From: a virus
Lineage: Duplodnaviria; Heunggongvirae; Uroviricota; Caudoviricetes
Virus record (IMG/VR): IMGVR_UViG_3300012663_000707
Span: 6,897 to 70,896 of that record
Reading direction: 5' to 3' (one strand)
DNA: 64,000 bases
A program made the position numbers and the translations under genes. The stretch's first letter is position 1, and each line of letters begins with the position of its first letter. Positions 9,720-19,344 of the stretch are shown piece after piece. The notes under the pieces were generated by a model, which was given only the letters and a program-made list of their open reading frames with translations, was not told the origin of the DNA and did not search any database.

Positions 9720-11036
9720 TTAAATGCTGTGTATGTTTGAATTTGTAATTTGATCTGTCTCTATTAAACGCATATAATTATAATCGATATTTAATTTACA
9801 TTTAACACCTTTACCTTCACCATCCCTGATCTTTAGGATTTTAAGCCAATACTCTAGATTTGCTTTCATGATGTCGTCTTGAATAATACCTAGCATAATA
9901 TCTGCAGTGTGTGAAAGACCTGCAGATTCTGCAACATCACCCATTGAAATATCTGATGAATTATAAGCGCCTCTAGTAATCTGTGTTGCTGTTACAATTA
10001 ACCAGTTGTTACGAATACCCATTGCTCTAAGATCTTCTGCAATTTGCTTGATCTTCATATAAGTATTTTCCGTATTTGGGTTTCTGTAGTTTGCCAAGAT
10101 ATTGATGTAGTCAATTACAACTGCACCAATCTTAATTTGTTTCTCCTCTTCAATTTGACTTACATAAGCTTCAATATCTAATACTGTTGCTTGTGAAGTA
10201 GGAAACTGTTTAACAAATAATTGACCTGGAGGTGTAAAGCCAGTACCAACCGTTTCTAATCTACGTTTGATGTGTTCTTTATTCTTTGACTTCTCAGCAT
10301 AATCATTAATGTTAATGCTTAATAGATTAGAACCGATACGTTTAACGAATTTATGTGCTGCCATCTCCGCAGTAACTACTACAGTATTTGTACCCATTTT
10401 AACAAAACTTGCAGCATCATTTGCTAAGAAGATTGATTTACCGATATTCTGTTCACCAGCATAAACGATTAAGTTTCCACCTTTGTCATATCCACCAGAT
10501 AGCAATCTATCGATGAAGTTATAACCAGAACTAACTTTATCAGTATCTTTCTGGTCGTGTGCGTCTGGATCAAAGAAATCTAAACCTAAATCTGAATTGA
10601 AGGTTAGATTATTACGATCGTTGATTAAGCTTTTTACCTTTTGGATAATACTATCTGCGTTATCTGGCGTTACCTGAGTTGTTTTAATGAACTCAATTGT
10701 ATCAATCAATGAAGTATCGAAGGTTCTCCACTTAATCCATGATTCAGCAGTTGAGGTTAACCATTCGTCATCATACTGGTCTAGATCTGTATTAAAGATC
10801 ATATCCATCATTGAATCGGAAATCTTATCCTTGGCTTTGCTTGAATGCTGAACAAGAAGTTTTAATTGCTCTTTGGAAGGTGTCTCATTAAACTTTGCAT
10901 AGAACTTATTGGCAAGATAACTTAACACATCGATTTCTTCAGATGTATAATATCCTGTCTTTATCGTCTGTAAATATTTAGGCTTATGTAGTGATAGCTT
11001 AAAAAAGATCTTCTCAAATTCTTGTCCGAATTGCAT
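9720..11036 (-). CDS. DnaB-like replicative helicase (T4 gp41-like)
   Basis: C-terminal RecA-fold with Walker A LIVYAGEQNIGKS and Walker B VVIDYINIL. Size and position are consistent with a gp41-type helicase. Confidence 0.7.
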   Translation of the reverse strand: MQFGQEFEKIFFKLSLHKPKYLQTIKTGYYTSEEIDVLSYLANKFYAKFNETPSKEQLKLLVQHSSKAKDKISDSMMDMIFNTDLDQYDDEWLTSTAESWIKWRTFDTSLIDTIEFIKTTQVTPDNADSIIQKVKSLINDRNNLTFNSDLGLDFFDPDAHDQKDTDKVSSGYNFIDRLLSGGYDKGGNLIVYAGEQNIGKSIFLANDAASFVKMGTNTVVVTAEMAAHKFVKRIGSNLLSININDYAEKSKNKEHIKRRLETVGTGFTPPGQLFVKQFPTSQATVLDIEAYVSQIEEEKQIKIGAVVIDYINILANYRNPNTENTYMKIKQIAEDLRAMGIRNNWLIVTATQITRGAYNSSDISMGDVAESAGLSHTADIMLGIIQDDIMKANLEYWLKILKIRDGEGKGVKCKLNIDYNYMRLIETDQITNSNIHSI

Positions 11037-11059
11037 ATTTTTATGTTGTTATGTTCTAA

Positions 11060-11377
11060 TTAAAGTGACGTTGCGTCATCAAACGGATTGATTAAAATCT
11101 TATACGCTTGTTTTCCGTCTTCATTGCACGTTTGTTCGATAAGACCTAATTTAATAAGTTCATCTAATGATTGTATGAGATGATCTTGTTCTGTTTCTGG
11201 AAACCTATATGTTTTCAATGCATGTAAAGTGAAAGAACCTTTGTATCGGTCCGGACTTTTCACACACATTCTAACTTCATTATATAGAATATCAAAACTG
11301 CCAGGATAACCCGGCAGTTCTTTTTCTATACCCAAGATATACTTAATAGGTATGTTGTCTTCGTTAATCTTCATCAC
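11060..11377 (-). CDS. hypothetical protein (105 aa)
   Basis: ORF between uvsX and the helicase; overlaps the uvsX end. Confidence 0.4.
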   Translation of the reverse strand: MMKINEDNIPIKYILGIEKELPGYPGSFDILYNEVRMCVKSPDRYKGSFTLHALKTYRFPETEQDHLIQSLDELIKLGLIEQTCNEDGKQAYKILINPFDDATSL

Positions 11378-12479
11378 CGATTTCGATTAATTCTTCAATA
11401 TCGATCTCATCAACTGATGTGTTATAATTAAAGATACTGTAAATTTTCTTATCGATCTTCTCAAGAACTTCTTGTGTAAATACTTTTTCAGTAAAGAATT
11501 CGTGGTTTTGTACTACTTCATCTAAGTGTTTACAGATCCAACCTCTTGCAGTTGCTTTAGGTACTTTAACACCTTTCTCGATTGATCCTTTAGCAATACC
11601 GATTTCATCCCAGTCAATGTATTGTTCTAGACCTACAAATCGGTTCATACCTTTTGAAAAGTCTAAGTGGAATTTAACAGGAGTTGGTTTTGCGAAACGA
11701 TTCTTGTTTGGTTTTGCAGTTACAATGATACCAGTCTTTTCTCCACCTTCTTTAAGTTGTGCTTTGTTCAAGAACAAAACGATTGAAGCTGCATACTCAG
11801 GTCCAGTTCCACCACCAGCAACTTGACGACTAATAAAGTCTTGTGTTTGGTATGTGTGGTTTGTAAATAAGAAAGGAATCTTAAGATCTGCCATTGGTGT
11901 CATGATAATTCTAAAGATTGATTTAAGTACTTTAGATCTAGTCATGTCAGATTTATCTGATCCAGAAGCTGCATCATCAATTTCTTTTTGTGTTGCCAAG
12001 TTACCAGCAGAATCTAAAATAATCATTACTTTAGGAATGCTAGCTCCAGCTCTTTTAGCCTCTTGCATTCTTCTAGTAATTGAAGTTACTGAAGTTCTAA
12101 ATTCTTGTACCGTGTTGATTGGTTGGTAGTTTACTTTAGTAGTATCAATACTGAAGTTCTCCATTAAAGTTTTATCGACAGCTGCTTCTGAATCATAAAA
12201 GATTACATTGTAGCCCATGTCGATTGCTCTTTTAATAGAGTTAAGGATTAGGTATGTCTTACCAGTTCCTGAAGGTCCTGCAATTGAACAAGATCTATTA
12301 TTAGGCCAACCACCGAAAAGTGATCCGGAGACACATGCGTTTAAATTGTAATTTCCAGTGTCGATCCATTCTGTAACTTCACTGAAATTTGATTGATCCA
12401 TTACGGATCCCATTGGGTTTAACTCTGCCAACTCTTTGTTGATGTCGTCAAAACTGAATTCTGATAGTTTCTTTGCCAT
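11364..12479 (-). CDS. uvsX: UvsX/RecA-family recombinase
   Basis: Walker A CSIAGPSGTGKT; RecA-like core IFYDSE...ILDSAGNLAT. Confidence 0.85.
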   Translation of the reverse strand: MAKKLSEFSFDDINKELAELNPMGSVMDQSNFSEVTEWIDTGNYNLNACVSGSLFGGWPNNRSCSIAGPSGTGKTYLILNSIKRAIDMGYNVIFYDSEAAVDKTLMENFSIDTTKVNYQPINTVQEFRTSVTSITRRMQEAKRAGASIPKVMIILDSAGNLATQKEIDDAASGSDKSDMTRSKVLKSIFRIIMTPMADLKIPFLFTNHTYQTQDFISRQVAGGGTGPEYAASIVLFLNKAQLKEGGEKTGIIVTAKPNKNRFAKPTPVKFHLDFSKGMNRFVGLEQYIDWDEIGIAKGSIEKGVKVPKATARGWICKHLDEVVQNHEFFTEKVFTQEVLEKIDKKIYSIFNYNTSVDEIDIEELIEIGDED

Positions 12480-12486
12480 AATAGTT

Positions 12487-12666
12487 TTACTCTGCGTTTG
12501 GAAATAGTTTATTTTCTAAGTCTCTTAATTCCTGTAGTTCTGACAGAATGTCCGCTGCTGCATTTTTCAGTTCTACCATTCTAAATTCAATATCACTTAG
12601 TTTAGTGTAGAGCTGTTGATATTTTGCGACATGCTCTGCTTGTTCTGGTGTTAGATTAAGATCCAT
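12487..12666 (-). CDS. small hypothetical protein (59 aa), predicted helical
   Basis: Manual translation: MDLNLTPEQAEHVAKYQQLYTKLSDIEFRMVELKNAAADILSELQELRDLENKLFPNAE. Not in the ORF track (below the size cutoff) and sits in an otherwise empty 175-bp gap. Confidence 0.3.
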   Translation of the reverse strand: MDLNLTPEQAEHVAKYQQLYTKLSDIEFRMVELKNAAADILSELQELRDLENKLFPNAE

Positions 12667-12797
12667 GTTGATTTTTTTGTTCGAGTTCAGTGATAAGTTT
12701 TCTAACTTTATCTCCTAATTCATAATTGTTTGGGTGTGCTTTTGCAAGTTGTATTAACTCGTCAAGAGTAACTGTGATTTGCGATTGCTCTTCCATA

Positions 12798-13040
12798 TTA
12801 TTCTTTGTCTTTGTTTTCGTAATCCTCGTTGTAATCTTCGATAGCTCTGTATTTTTGTAAGTAGCTTTGGTATGCGCCAAACATAAAATATGCAAATCCA
12901 CCAATAAAAATTACTTCAAGTACTGTGGTTCCATAAGATTTAACTAACCAGAAGAAACCGGTCATCCCTAATGTGATCAATAAGAAAAGTCCTACTGTTG
13001 ATAAAAGGGCTTTGAATTGTGGTGTTTTAAAATAACTCAT
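12798..13040 (-). CDS. small membrane protein (80 aa, two predicted TM helices)
   Basis: Hydrophobic stretches LLSTVGLFLLITLGMTGFFWLV and VLEVIFIGGFAYFMFGAY. Confidence 0.4.
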   Translation of the reverse strand: MSYFKTPQFKALLSTVGLFLLITLGMTGFFWLVKSYGTTVLEVIFIGGFAYFMFGAYQSYLQKYRAIEDYNEDYENKDKE

Positions 13041-13042
13041 AA

Positions 13043-14251
13043 TTAAAAAAGTGCTGATGCGTAAATAAGATTAGTGTCTAATGTTTGAAGACCAATTGCT
13101 GAAAGAACTCTATTCAAAGGATCGATCATTGATTTCTCGAATTGAATGTCATAATCTACAGGTGGTGCAAATTCATAAGGATGTTCGTTAGGTAGATATG
13201 CATACATCTCTGATATTGGAGACTTGCAATGATAGATCTTTAACTTTTCACCGTTATTAATTACCTTATATTTGGTCTTGTATTTTGTGTTGTTATTCAA
13301 CAAGTAATTGTAGTAACCTGCTGCTTTTACGTTTGCTGGACATTTAAGTCCAATTTGAAGTTCGATCTGATCATCCACAATATACTTATCAATGTTGTTT
13401 GTTCTCTTATTAAAAGAGATGTCATCGATATTTGCCATGTGGAATTCTTTCTTAGTCTCTTTCATGAAGACAACCAACTTCTCTAAATCTGTTGCTGTTG
13501 GTTTAAAGCCGCTTGTAAAAATAAGCTTAAGTGCAGCTACAAGTTTCTCACGAACAAACTTTGGTGTTGAAGATTGAATGGTATCATATCCGATTGTCTT
13601 AACCTTCTTTAAAGGTGGATGACGGTCTGTTGTTTCAAGTTTGTCATCCCATGCAATATTTTGGATATACTTTTTCTTTGCAAGCCAGATACCGTTATAT
13701 GCAATAGTCTCAAGTTCAAATACCAAGAAGTTGTCTGTGTTTCTTTTGTCAGCATAACGCTCCATGGATTTAACAATGTATTCCTTTAGTCTAAAGTGAT
13801 ACAAAGCTAAGATGAATACATCAATGCTCATCTTCTTCTCTTCGTCTAGCCAAACAATTGATTCATACATATCTTGAAACTGAACGTAACAAGAATCTGT
13901 GTCAATGTAAATTACCGCAGGCTTTTCTACTTTACCTTTAACTTTAAGTCCAAACTGTTTATGTACAAGTTCGTCTTTATGCCAAAAGTCATTTACATAT
14001 TTGTTTAAGACTGCTTCGGAATAAAGGATTGCATTCTTACCTTGCTTGGTAATAGATTCTGCAATATTAATGTTAAAGAAGTGGAACCATTTATTACCGA
14101 AAGCTCCGTAGATTGAATTTAGAGTCAGTTTAACTGCTTGTTCATACGCAGTGTACTTAGCAGAAAGCTGCTCATAGTGTTCTATGAGCAGCTCCGCTTC
14201 TTCTTTTGAAAGTTGATCGACTGGTTTATGTTCTAACTCTGTAATATTCAT
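13043..14251 (-). CDS. family-B DNA polymerase, C-terminal fragment (motif B to thumb)
   Basis: Motif B KLTLNSIYGAFGN (KxxxNSxYG) and motif C IYIDTDSCYV (YxDTDS). Begins immediately downstream of the clamp-like gene. Confidence 0.8.
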   Translation of the reverse strand: MNITELEHKPVDQLSKEEAELLIEHYEQLSAKYTAYEQAVKLTLNSIYGAFGNKWFHFFNINIAESITKQGKNAILYSEAVLNKYVNDFWHKDELVHKQFGLKVKGKVEKPAVIYIDTDSCYVQFQDMYESIVWLDEEKKMSIDVFILALYHFRLKEYIVKSMERYADKRNTDNFLVFELETIAYNGIWLAKKKYIQNIAWDDKLETTDRHPPLKKVKTIGYDTIQSSTPKFVREKLVAALKLIFTSGFKPTATDLEKLVVFMKETKKEFHMANIDDISFNKRTNNIDKYIVDDQIELQIGLKCPANVKAAGYYNYLLNNNTKYKTKYKVINNGEKLKIYHCKSPISEMYAYLPNEHPYEFAPPVDYDIQFEKSMIDPLNRVLSAIGLQTLDTNLIYASALF

Positions 14252-14254
14252 CTA

Positions 14255-14998
14255 TTAAGCAGTTTGGCAAGTTGATATAGTTAACAAAGTTTCTGAGTCA
14301 TTAGATTGGAATACAACCTTTGATCCTGAAACGTATACCGTTTGCTCTTCGCGATCTAATAGATTTAAATATTTTTTATAGACTGTAACGTCACCGTTAC
14401 CTTTTGAGTCTGGATTTACTACCACGTTAAATGTTTTACCTTTAACATTAACACCGGTTGTGCTTGAGTTGATGCTAAATGTTTCGTCTTTATCCAAACT
14501 GAATAAGTTCTTAACTTTAGTCAACATGTGGTTATCAATACCGAATGAGAAAGTGCTATTATCTCTAGCGAAGATTGCATTTACTTGATCTTCAGTAAGA
14601 TCTTTAAATCCTAAAGATGGTTCTGAACAAGAAAGTGTAATTTCCAACTCATCGTTGTAGATTCTAAATGTAGAAGCAACTAAGTCTTCTTCATTTTCAA
14701 TGAATTCGATTTCACCTTTAATAGCATCATGGTCGAAGTGCTTAATAGCTTCAATAACTTTGTTACCTTCAAAGAATGCAATTTTCATTTCTTTGTCAGT
14801 ATCCGGCCATTCACTTACTTGCAAGATAGTATCTGCGGAAACAGAGTGTGACTTAACAGCATCACGTTGTGGTAAGTACACAGTAGATTGAATTCTACCA
14901 TTAGAAACTTTCATATAGATGAAAGAATCAATTAATTTAACGCGACTGATAAAATCGGTTAGTGCATGTTGGTCAATGCGATCAATTTTTAACTTCAT
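14255..14998 (-). CDS. sliding clamp candidate (T4 gp45-like)
   Basis: 247 aa; N-terminus MKLKIDRID...LTDF...YMKVSNGRIQSTVY parallels gp45 MKLSKD...LKNF...IMTRAVNGTTY. Size fits a clamp. Confidence 0.45.
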   Translation of the reverse strand: MKLKIDRIDQHALTDFISRVKLIDSFIYMKVSNGRIQSTVYLPQRDAVKSHSVSADTILQVSEWPDTDKEMKIAFFEGNKVIEAIKHFDHDAIKGEIEFIENEEDLVASTFRIYNDELEITLSCSEPSLGFKDLTEDQVNAIFARDNSTFSFGIDNHMLTKVKNLFSLDKDETFSINSSTTGVNVKGKTFNVVVNPDSKGNGDVTVYKKYLNLLDREEQTVYVSGSKVVFQSNDSETLLTISTCQTA

Positions 14999-15038
14999 TT
15001 TTTTTATTTTTTGTTTATTGTTTTATGTGAAACTTAAC

Positions 15039-15974
15039 TTAATGTTTCACTGTGAATTCTTCTTTAACAGCATTGGCAGCTTCTAGGAAATCTAATTGAC
15101 TTACTAGTTCCATACCGATTGCTGCTTGTGCTTCAATTGTAGATCCTGCGATATGAGGAGTTACGATAATTCTTGGATTGTTTAATAGTCTTTCGTCTGG
15201 TGTTGGTTCACCTACAAAAGTATCTAAACATGCTCCAGCAATTGTGTTAGTTCTGATTGCATCTATCAAATCTTGCTCATTTACACAACCACCTCTAGAA
15301 CAGTTGATGATAATTGCGTTATTTTTCATTTTAACAATATCATTTGAGTTCAATACTTCGGCTTTACCAGAGATATGAATTGTTATGAAATCAGATTCTG
15401 CTAAAAGTTGTTCCTTTGAGACAAAAATACTGTCATCAATTGATGAAATATATGGATCGTGGATTAATACTCGCATTCCATTTGCAGATGCAAGTTTAGT
15501 TACTTCTTTTCCAATGTTACCATATCCGATAACTCCAAGTGTTTTACCGTATACTTGAGTAGAACATTCTAGATCTTTTTTCAATTCTTTGAAGTTCTCA
15601 GTGGATAAAGTAGTTGTTGCTGTATGGATATGTCTAGAGCTTGTATAAATATAACCGATTACAAGTTCTGCAACTGAACGAGAACTAGCTTTTGGCGTAT
15701 TGTAAACGTTTCTTCCAAGTTCTTTTGCTGCATCTAGGTCTATATTATCTAGACCAACTCCAGCTCTACCAATAAAGATTAGTCCTGGGCAAGCTTCCAT
15801 AAGTTCTCTAGTAACTTTAGTTGCTGAACGTACCAATAGACATTCTATATTTTTAAGGTTAATAAATGTTGCTAATTCTTCTGGATTTATTTTACCAGTG
15901 AAAACAGTATGACCTGCTTTTGTAAAGGCTTTAATGGCTTCTGTATCAAGACCATCATTCGCTAAAATGTACAT
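15039..15974 (-). CDS. D-isomer-specific 2-hydroxyacid dehydrogenase family (SerA/phosphoglycerate dehydrogenase-like)
   Basis: NAD-binding GVIGYGNIGKEV...D, catalytic region NCSRGG, and HIAGST; 311 aa. Confidence 0.8.
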   Translation of the reverse strand: MYILANDGLDTEAIKAFTKAGHTVFTGKINPEELATFINLKNIECLLVRSATKVTRELMEACPGLIFIGRAGVGLDNIDLDAAKELGRNVYNTPKASSRSVAELVIGYIYTSSRHIHTATTTLSTENFKELKKDLECSTQVYGKTLGVIGYGNIGKEVTKLASANGMRVLIHDPYISSIDDSIFVSKEQLLAESDFITIHISGKAEVLNSNDIVKMKNNAIIINCSRGGCVNEQDLIDAIRTNTIAGACLDTFVGEPTPDERLLNNPRIIVTPHIAGSTIEAQAAIGMELVSQLDFLEAANAVKEEFTVKH

Positions 15975-16027
15975 ATAAAAAGATTAAGATTATTTAGTAA
16001 TTATACGTTGAAACTAGTAAAAGTTTC

Positions 16028-16063
16028 ATAAAAAAAGGGCAAGGAGTAGCGAATTCCTTGCCC
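16028..16063 (-). terminator. rho-independent terminator after nrdA
   Basis: Minus strand GGGCAAGGAATTCGCTACTCCTTGCCC followed by TTTTTTT. Confidence 0.55.
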
Positions 16064-16117
16064 ATGTCCGAAACTATTTCGGTCCTAAGAAGTGGTTTTT
16101 ACACCACCACTATCTTT

Positions 16118-17947
16118 CTAACCATCGCAACTTAAACAGTCTGGGTTCATTGCTGCACTAGCAATATCTCCTCTAAGAACTGATTCTGTTCGCATATAAT
16201 AAAGAGTCTTGATTCCTTGTTTATAAGCTTCAAGATGTACTTGATTAATAAACTTAGGTTCTGCCTCTTTTGGAAAAGCTAGATTTAATGAAACTGCTTG
16301 GTCTACGTATTGTTGACGAATTCCAGCTTGTTTTACTAGATCTAGTTGGTTAACTTCTTTAAATGTTTTATAAACCTCTGCTAAAGGTACATACTCTGTT
16401 TTTTCCATATCAGATAGAGTATCGTATTTCTCTTTAGTGATTGGTTTATTATTTTTGTCGTCAATATGAGTTGCATGTTTAACAAAGTAATTCTCAATCC
16501 AAGATAATCCATAAACTGATCCTTCGTCTGCAAGTATTTGATCCCAAGTTTCTTTAGTATCTTTACCGATTTTTGATAGAGTTCTTTGTAACGTTGGGTT
16601 TTTACGAATGAATGTTCCTTTTGCTGTTTGTTCTGTGAAAACGTTAGCGGCCCAAGGTTCAATACCAGCAGATACATTACCGCTTAACTTTGAGTTGCTT
16701 ACAGTAGGTGCAATGGCTCTGAGGTGTGTGTTTCTCATTCCAGTACCAACACACCAAAGTGGTTCACCGAATTCTTGTGCCATATCTCTACTTGCTCTTT
16801 CAGATTCAATTTTGATTTGACTAAAAATCTTTCTAGTTTCAAATTGTGCAGTTAAACCTTCAAACGGAATGTTACGTTCTTGTAAATATGAATGCCATCC
16901 AAGAACTCCAAGCCCTAATGCTCTACCTTTTTCTGCAGAACGAACTGAGTTTTCAAAGCCTCTCATGTATTTTGCCTTAGTAATAAATTCTTCTAAGACT
17001 CCATCCAAGAACCAAGTTGCTGTGTAGATTAGATCTGTATCTTTCCATTCGTCATACTTAGTTAAGTTAACTGAAGATAGACAACAAACAAATGAATGGT
17101 TTTCATCGGTGTGTAACGTAATTTCAGAACAGATGTTAGTCATATAAACTTTCAATCCGTTTTGTTTGTAAGCGTCTGGATTAGCACGATTGACATTACC
17201 TTTGTACATGATGTAAGGCTCTCCTGTAGTTCTGCGTTTACGCAATACAGCTGCCCATCTTTTTCTAGCTTCTTTATCTCCTGCTTCTAATTTAGCCATA
17301 AAGCTATCAGAAACAATAACACATTGGTGGATATTCAATGATTGACGATTAACATCACCTTTAGGTTCTCTAATTTCTAACCATTCCCAGAAATCACCAT
17401 GCTCAATATCAATGTTAACTGATGCTGCACCTCTACGAACCGAACCTTGATTAGTTGCAAGAATTGCAGAATCATAGATTTTAATAAAAGGTACAACTCC
17501 ATCTGAAGTTCCGTTACCTTTGATCTTAGCTCCAGCTGGACGAATCATATTAACTCCGATTCCAACTCCACCACCATGCTTTGCAAGTAACATCATCTCT
17601 CTAGTTTTAGTTCCAATCTCATCAATTGAATCTCCTACATCCATACCGAAACAAGAAATAGGAAGACCTCTTTCAGTACCAGTGTTAGATAGAACTGGTG
17701 AAGCTAGATTTAACCAACCTCTCCAAATATAATCAAAGAACTTACTAGCAAGTTCTGGTTTATTTAAACGCTTTGCAGCTGTTGCTGAAACTCTCCAATA
17801 AGCATCTCTTGGTACTTCTCCTTCTAGAAGATAGCCACGGCTAATTGTTTTAATGTAAATTTCTGTATTACCCCATGTAGGAAAATCCACACCTATTTCC
17901 CAGCCTAATGCTTCGCCATGGTTAATTGTATTGTCTTCTTTTGTCAT
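16118..17947 (-). CDS. nrdA: ribonucleotide reductase large subunit, class I (NrdA-like, no obvious ATP-cone)
   Basis: Active-site NICSEI (C-x-E), upstream cysteine region PISCFGMD, and C-terminal redox pair CLSCDG. Confidence 0.85.
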   Translation of the reverse strand: MTKEDNTINHGEALGWEIGVDFPTWGNTEIYIKTISRGYLLEGEVPRDAYWRVSATAAKRLNKPELASKFFDYIWRGWLNLASPVLSNTGTERGLPISCFGMDVGDSIDEIGTKTREMMLLAKHGGGVGIGVNMIRPAGAKIKGNGTSDGVVPFIKIYDSAILATNQGSVRRGAASVNIDIEHGDFWEWLEIREPKGDVNRQSLNIHQCVIVSDSFMAKLEAGDKEARKRWAAVLRKRRTTGEPYIMYKGNVNRANPDAYKQNGLKVYMTNICSEITLHTDENHSFVCCLSSVNLTKYDEWKDTDLIYTATWFLDGVLEEFITKAKYMRGFENSVRSAEKGRALGLGVLGWHSYLQERNIPFEGLTAQFETRKIFSQIKIESERASRDMAQEFGEPLWCVGTGMRNTHLRAIAPTVSNSKLSGNVSAGIEPWAANVFTEQTAKGTFIRKNPTLQRTLSKIGKDTKETWDQILADEGSVYGLSWIENYFVKHATHIDDKNNKPITKEKYDTLSDMEKTEYVPLAEVYKTFKEVNQLDLVKQAGIRQQYVDQAVSLNLAFPKEAEPKFINQVHLEAYKQGIKTLYYMRTESVLRGDIASAAMNPDCLSCDG

Positions 17948-18192
17948 TTTTTATTTAATATATTATCAATGCGTTGTTCGACTTCGTGTGAGTCTATTGT
18001 GTTTGGACTACAATAAAATCTACTGTAACCCCATTTTTCTTTTATCTGTGAATATGAAAATTCAGGAACCTTTACAAATTCCTGAAACTTTTCATCCAAA
18101 TATTTAACTACTTCTGCATCATCTATTGCTAAACCATAGTGTCTTGGTTCTAAATATGCTTCGTATTTTTTATTAAATTCTTTACTAGTCAT
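17944..18192 (-). CDS. hypothetical small protein (82 aa) between nrdB and nrdA
   Basis: ORF with a 4-nt ATGA overlap into nrdA. Confidence 0.4.
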   Translation of the reverse strand: MTSKEFNKKYEAYLEPRHYGLAIDDAEVVKYLDEKFQEFVKVPEFSYSQIKEKWGYSRFYCSPNTIDSHEVEQRIDNILNKK

Positions 18193-18194
18193 TC

Positions 18195-19196
18195 TTAATC
18201 AAATAAATCGTCTTCGTCCCAATTTTCATCTTCTCCTGATTTTGCATAATCAGTAGGTCTAATTGCAAAGAAGTCAGTATGTGTATGTCCTCCAGTTAAA
18301 TGGTAAAACCAATCTAATTCTGCAGCCATTTCTTTGTCATATTCAAATGCAGATTCGTAACCTAACTCAATTAATTTCTCGTTGGTTCTCTTGTTGATAA
18401 ATTCTTTAAGATCATTTGGTTTAAGATTTTCCAAATCACCCATTTCAAAGATCTTATCAATAAATTTGTGTTCCATTTGACGCATTAGATCTGCTGCTTG
18501 TAATACGTCTTTATATACCTCTTGTTTCAACTCTGGAAACTCTTCACACATATGTCTGAATAACTGGCATCCCATTTTAGAGTGCAGTGATTCATCTCTA
18601 ACTGACCATTTCATTTGTTGGCCAATTCCTTTTAATAGATTTCTCATTTGGAATGAGTAAAGTACTGCAAACGAAGAATACAAAGATACTCCTTCTGCAA
18701 ATGCACTAAAGATTGCTAACGATCTAGCAACTTGTTTTCTTGCTCTTGCATTTGTAGCAAGATCTTCATGAGTCCAATCCGCTTCAACTGAAGTTAAATG
18801 TTCAAACTTCTCTGCGGTTGCAGGTTCATGTAAGAATGCAGAAAAATCATCTAATCCTAATGTCTCATTTAAATATGAGTATGCTGTGGCATGGATTGTT
18901 TCTTGTGAACCAAACATCATTGCCATTTGGCGAATCTCATGTTTTGGAAACCATTTGGTAACCATATTAGTCCAGTAATCAGAAACAGCACATTCTGTTT
19001 GTGCAAAACCTAGTAAAATGTTGCCGACCAGGTTCTTTTCATGCTCTTCTAATCTCTCGTTCCAATCTTTAACATCACCTTGCATTGAAATCTCCGTATG
19101 GAGCCAAAATGCCTGGGCTTGTTTTAACCATCCTTCGGTATAATACTCAGGGTATTCGAATGGTTTATATTCTATTCTTTCTGTAAATAATGACAT
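18195..19196 (-). CDS. nrdB: ribonucleotide reductase small subunit, class I (NrdB)
   Basis: Ferritin-like di-iron motifs (ETIHATAYSY, EGVSLYSSF, ESLHS) and an acidic aromatic C-tail ...DEDDLFD. Confidence 0.85.
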   Translation of the reverse strand: MSLFTERIEYKPFEYPEYYTEGWLKQAQAFWLHTEISMQGDVKDWNERLEEHEKNLVGNILLGFAQTECAVSDYWTNMVTKWFPKHEIRQMAMMFGSQETIHATAYSYLNETLGLDDFSAFLHEPATAEKFEHLTSVEADWTHEDLATNARARKQVARSLAIFSAFAEGVSLYSSFAVLYSFQMRNLLKGIGQQMKWSVRDESLHSKMGCQLFRHMCEEFPELKQEVYKDVLQAADLMRQMEHKFIDKIFEMGDLENLKPNDLKEFINKRTNEKLIELGYESAFEYDKEMAAELDWFYHLTGGHTHTDFFAIRPTDYAKSGEDENWDEDDLFD

Positions 19197-19260
19197 TTGC
19201 TAATATTTTTTTATTTTTAACCATAGACCAAAAAAGGTCCTCTTTTCAGTAGACCCATTC

Positions 19261-19344
19261 TAACCTCGATCGAGCAATTCAATAAAAATACTAGCAGCGC
19301 TGCTTGTATTCTATATATCAACGTCTCGATCGAAATTGAGGTTA
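19261..19344 (-). promoter_or_regulatory. structured intergenic element: nested palindromes between the polymerase N-fragment and nrdB
   Basis: taacctcgatcgag (19261-19274) pairs with ctcgatcgaaattgaggtta (19325-19344). A perfect 12-nt palindrome agcagcgctgct sits at the centre (19294-19305). Confidence 0.35.

Noticed and set aside
11065-11078. Hairpin tgacgttgcgtca as a terminator after uvsX-proximal genes
   Set aside because: Lies within the last codons of ORF 11060..11377 and has no following T-run; probably incidental.
15027-15050. Hairpin GTGAAAC...GTTTCAC at the dehydrogenase stop codon as a rho-independent terminator
   Set aside because: Stem overlaps the stop codon but no U-tract follows. 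It may be an RNA structure affecting coupling to the clamp gene, but the evidence is insufficient to call a terminator.
19197-19341. Group I intron or intein explaining the split DNA polymerase
   Set aside because: The two polymerase fragments are separated by about 5 kb of complete independent genes (nrdB, nrdA, dehydrogenase, clamp), each with its own start, stop and terminator. The 145-bp structured gap is far too short for a group I intron, and no intein splicing motifs (C/S...HN-C/S/T) flank the break.
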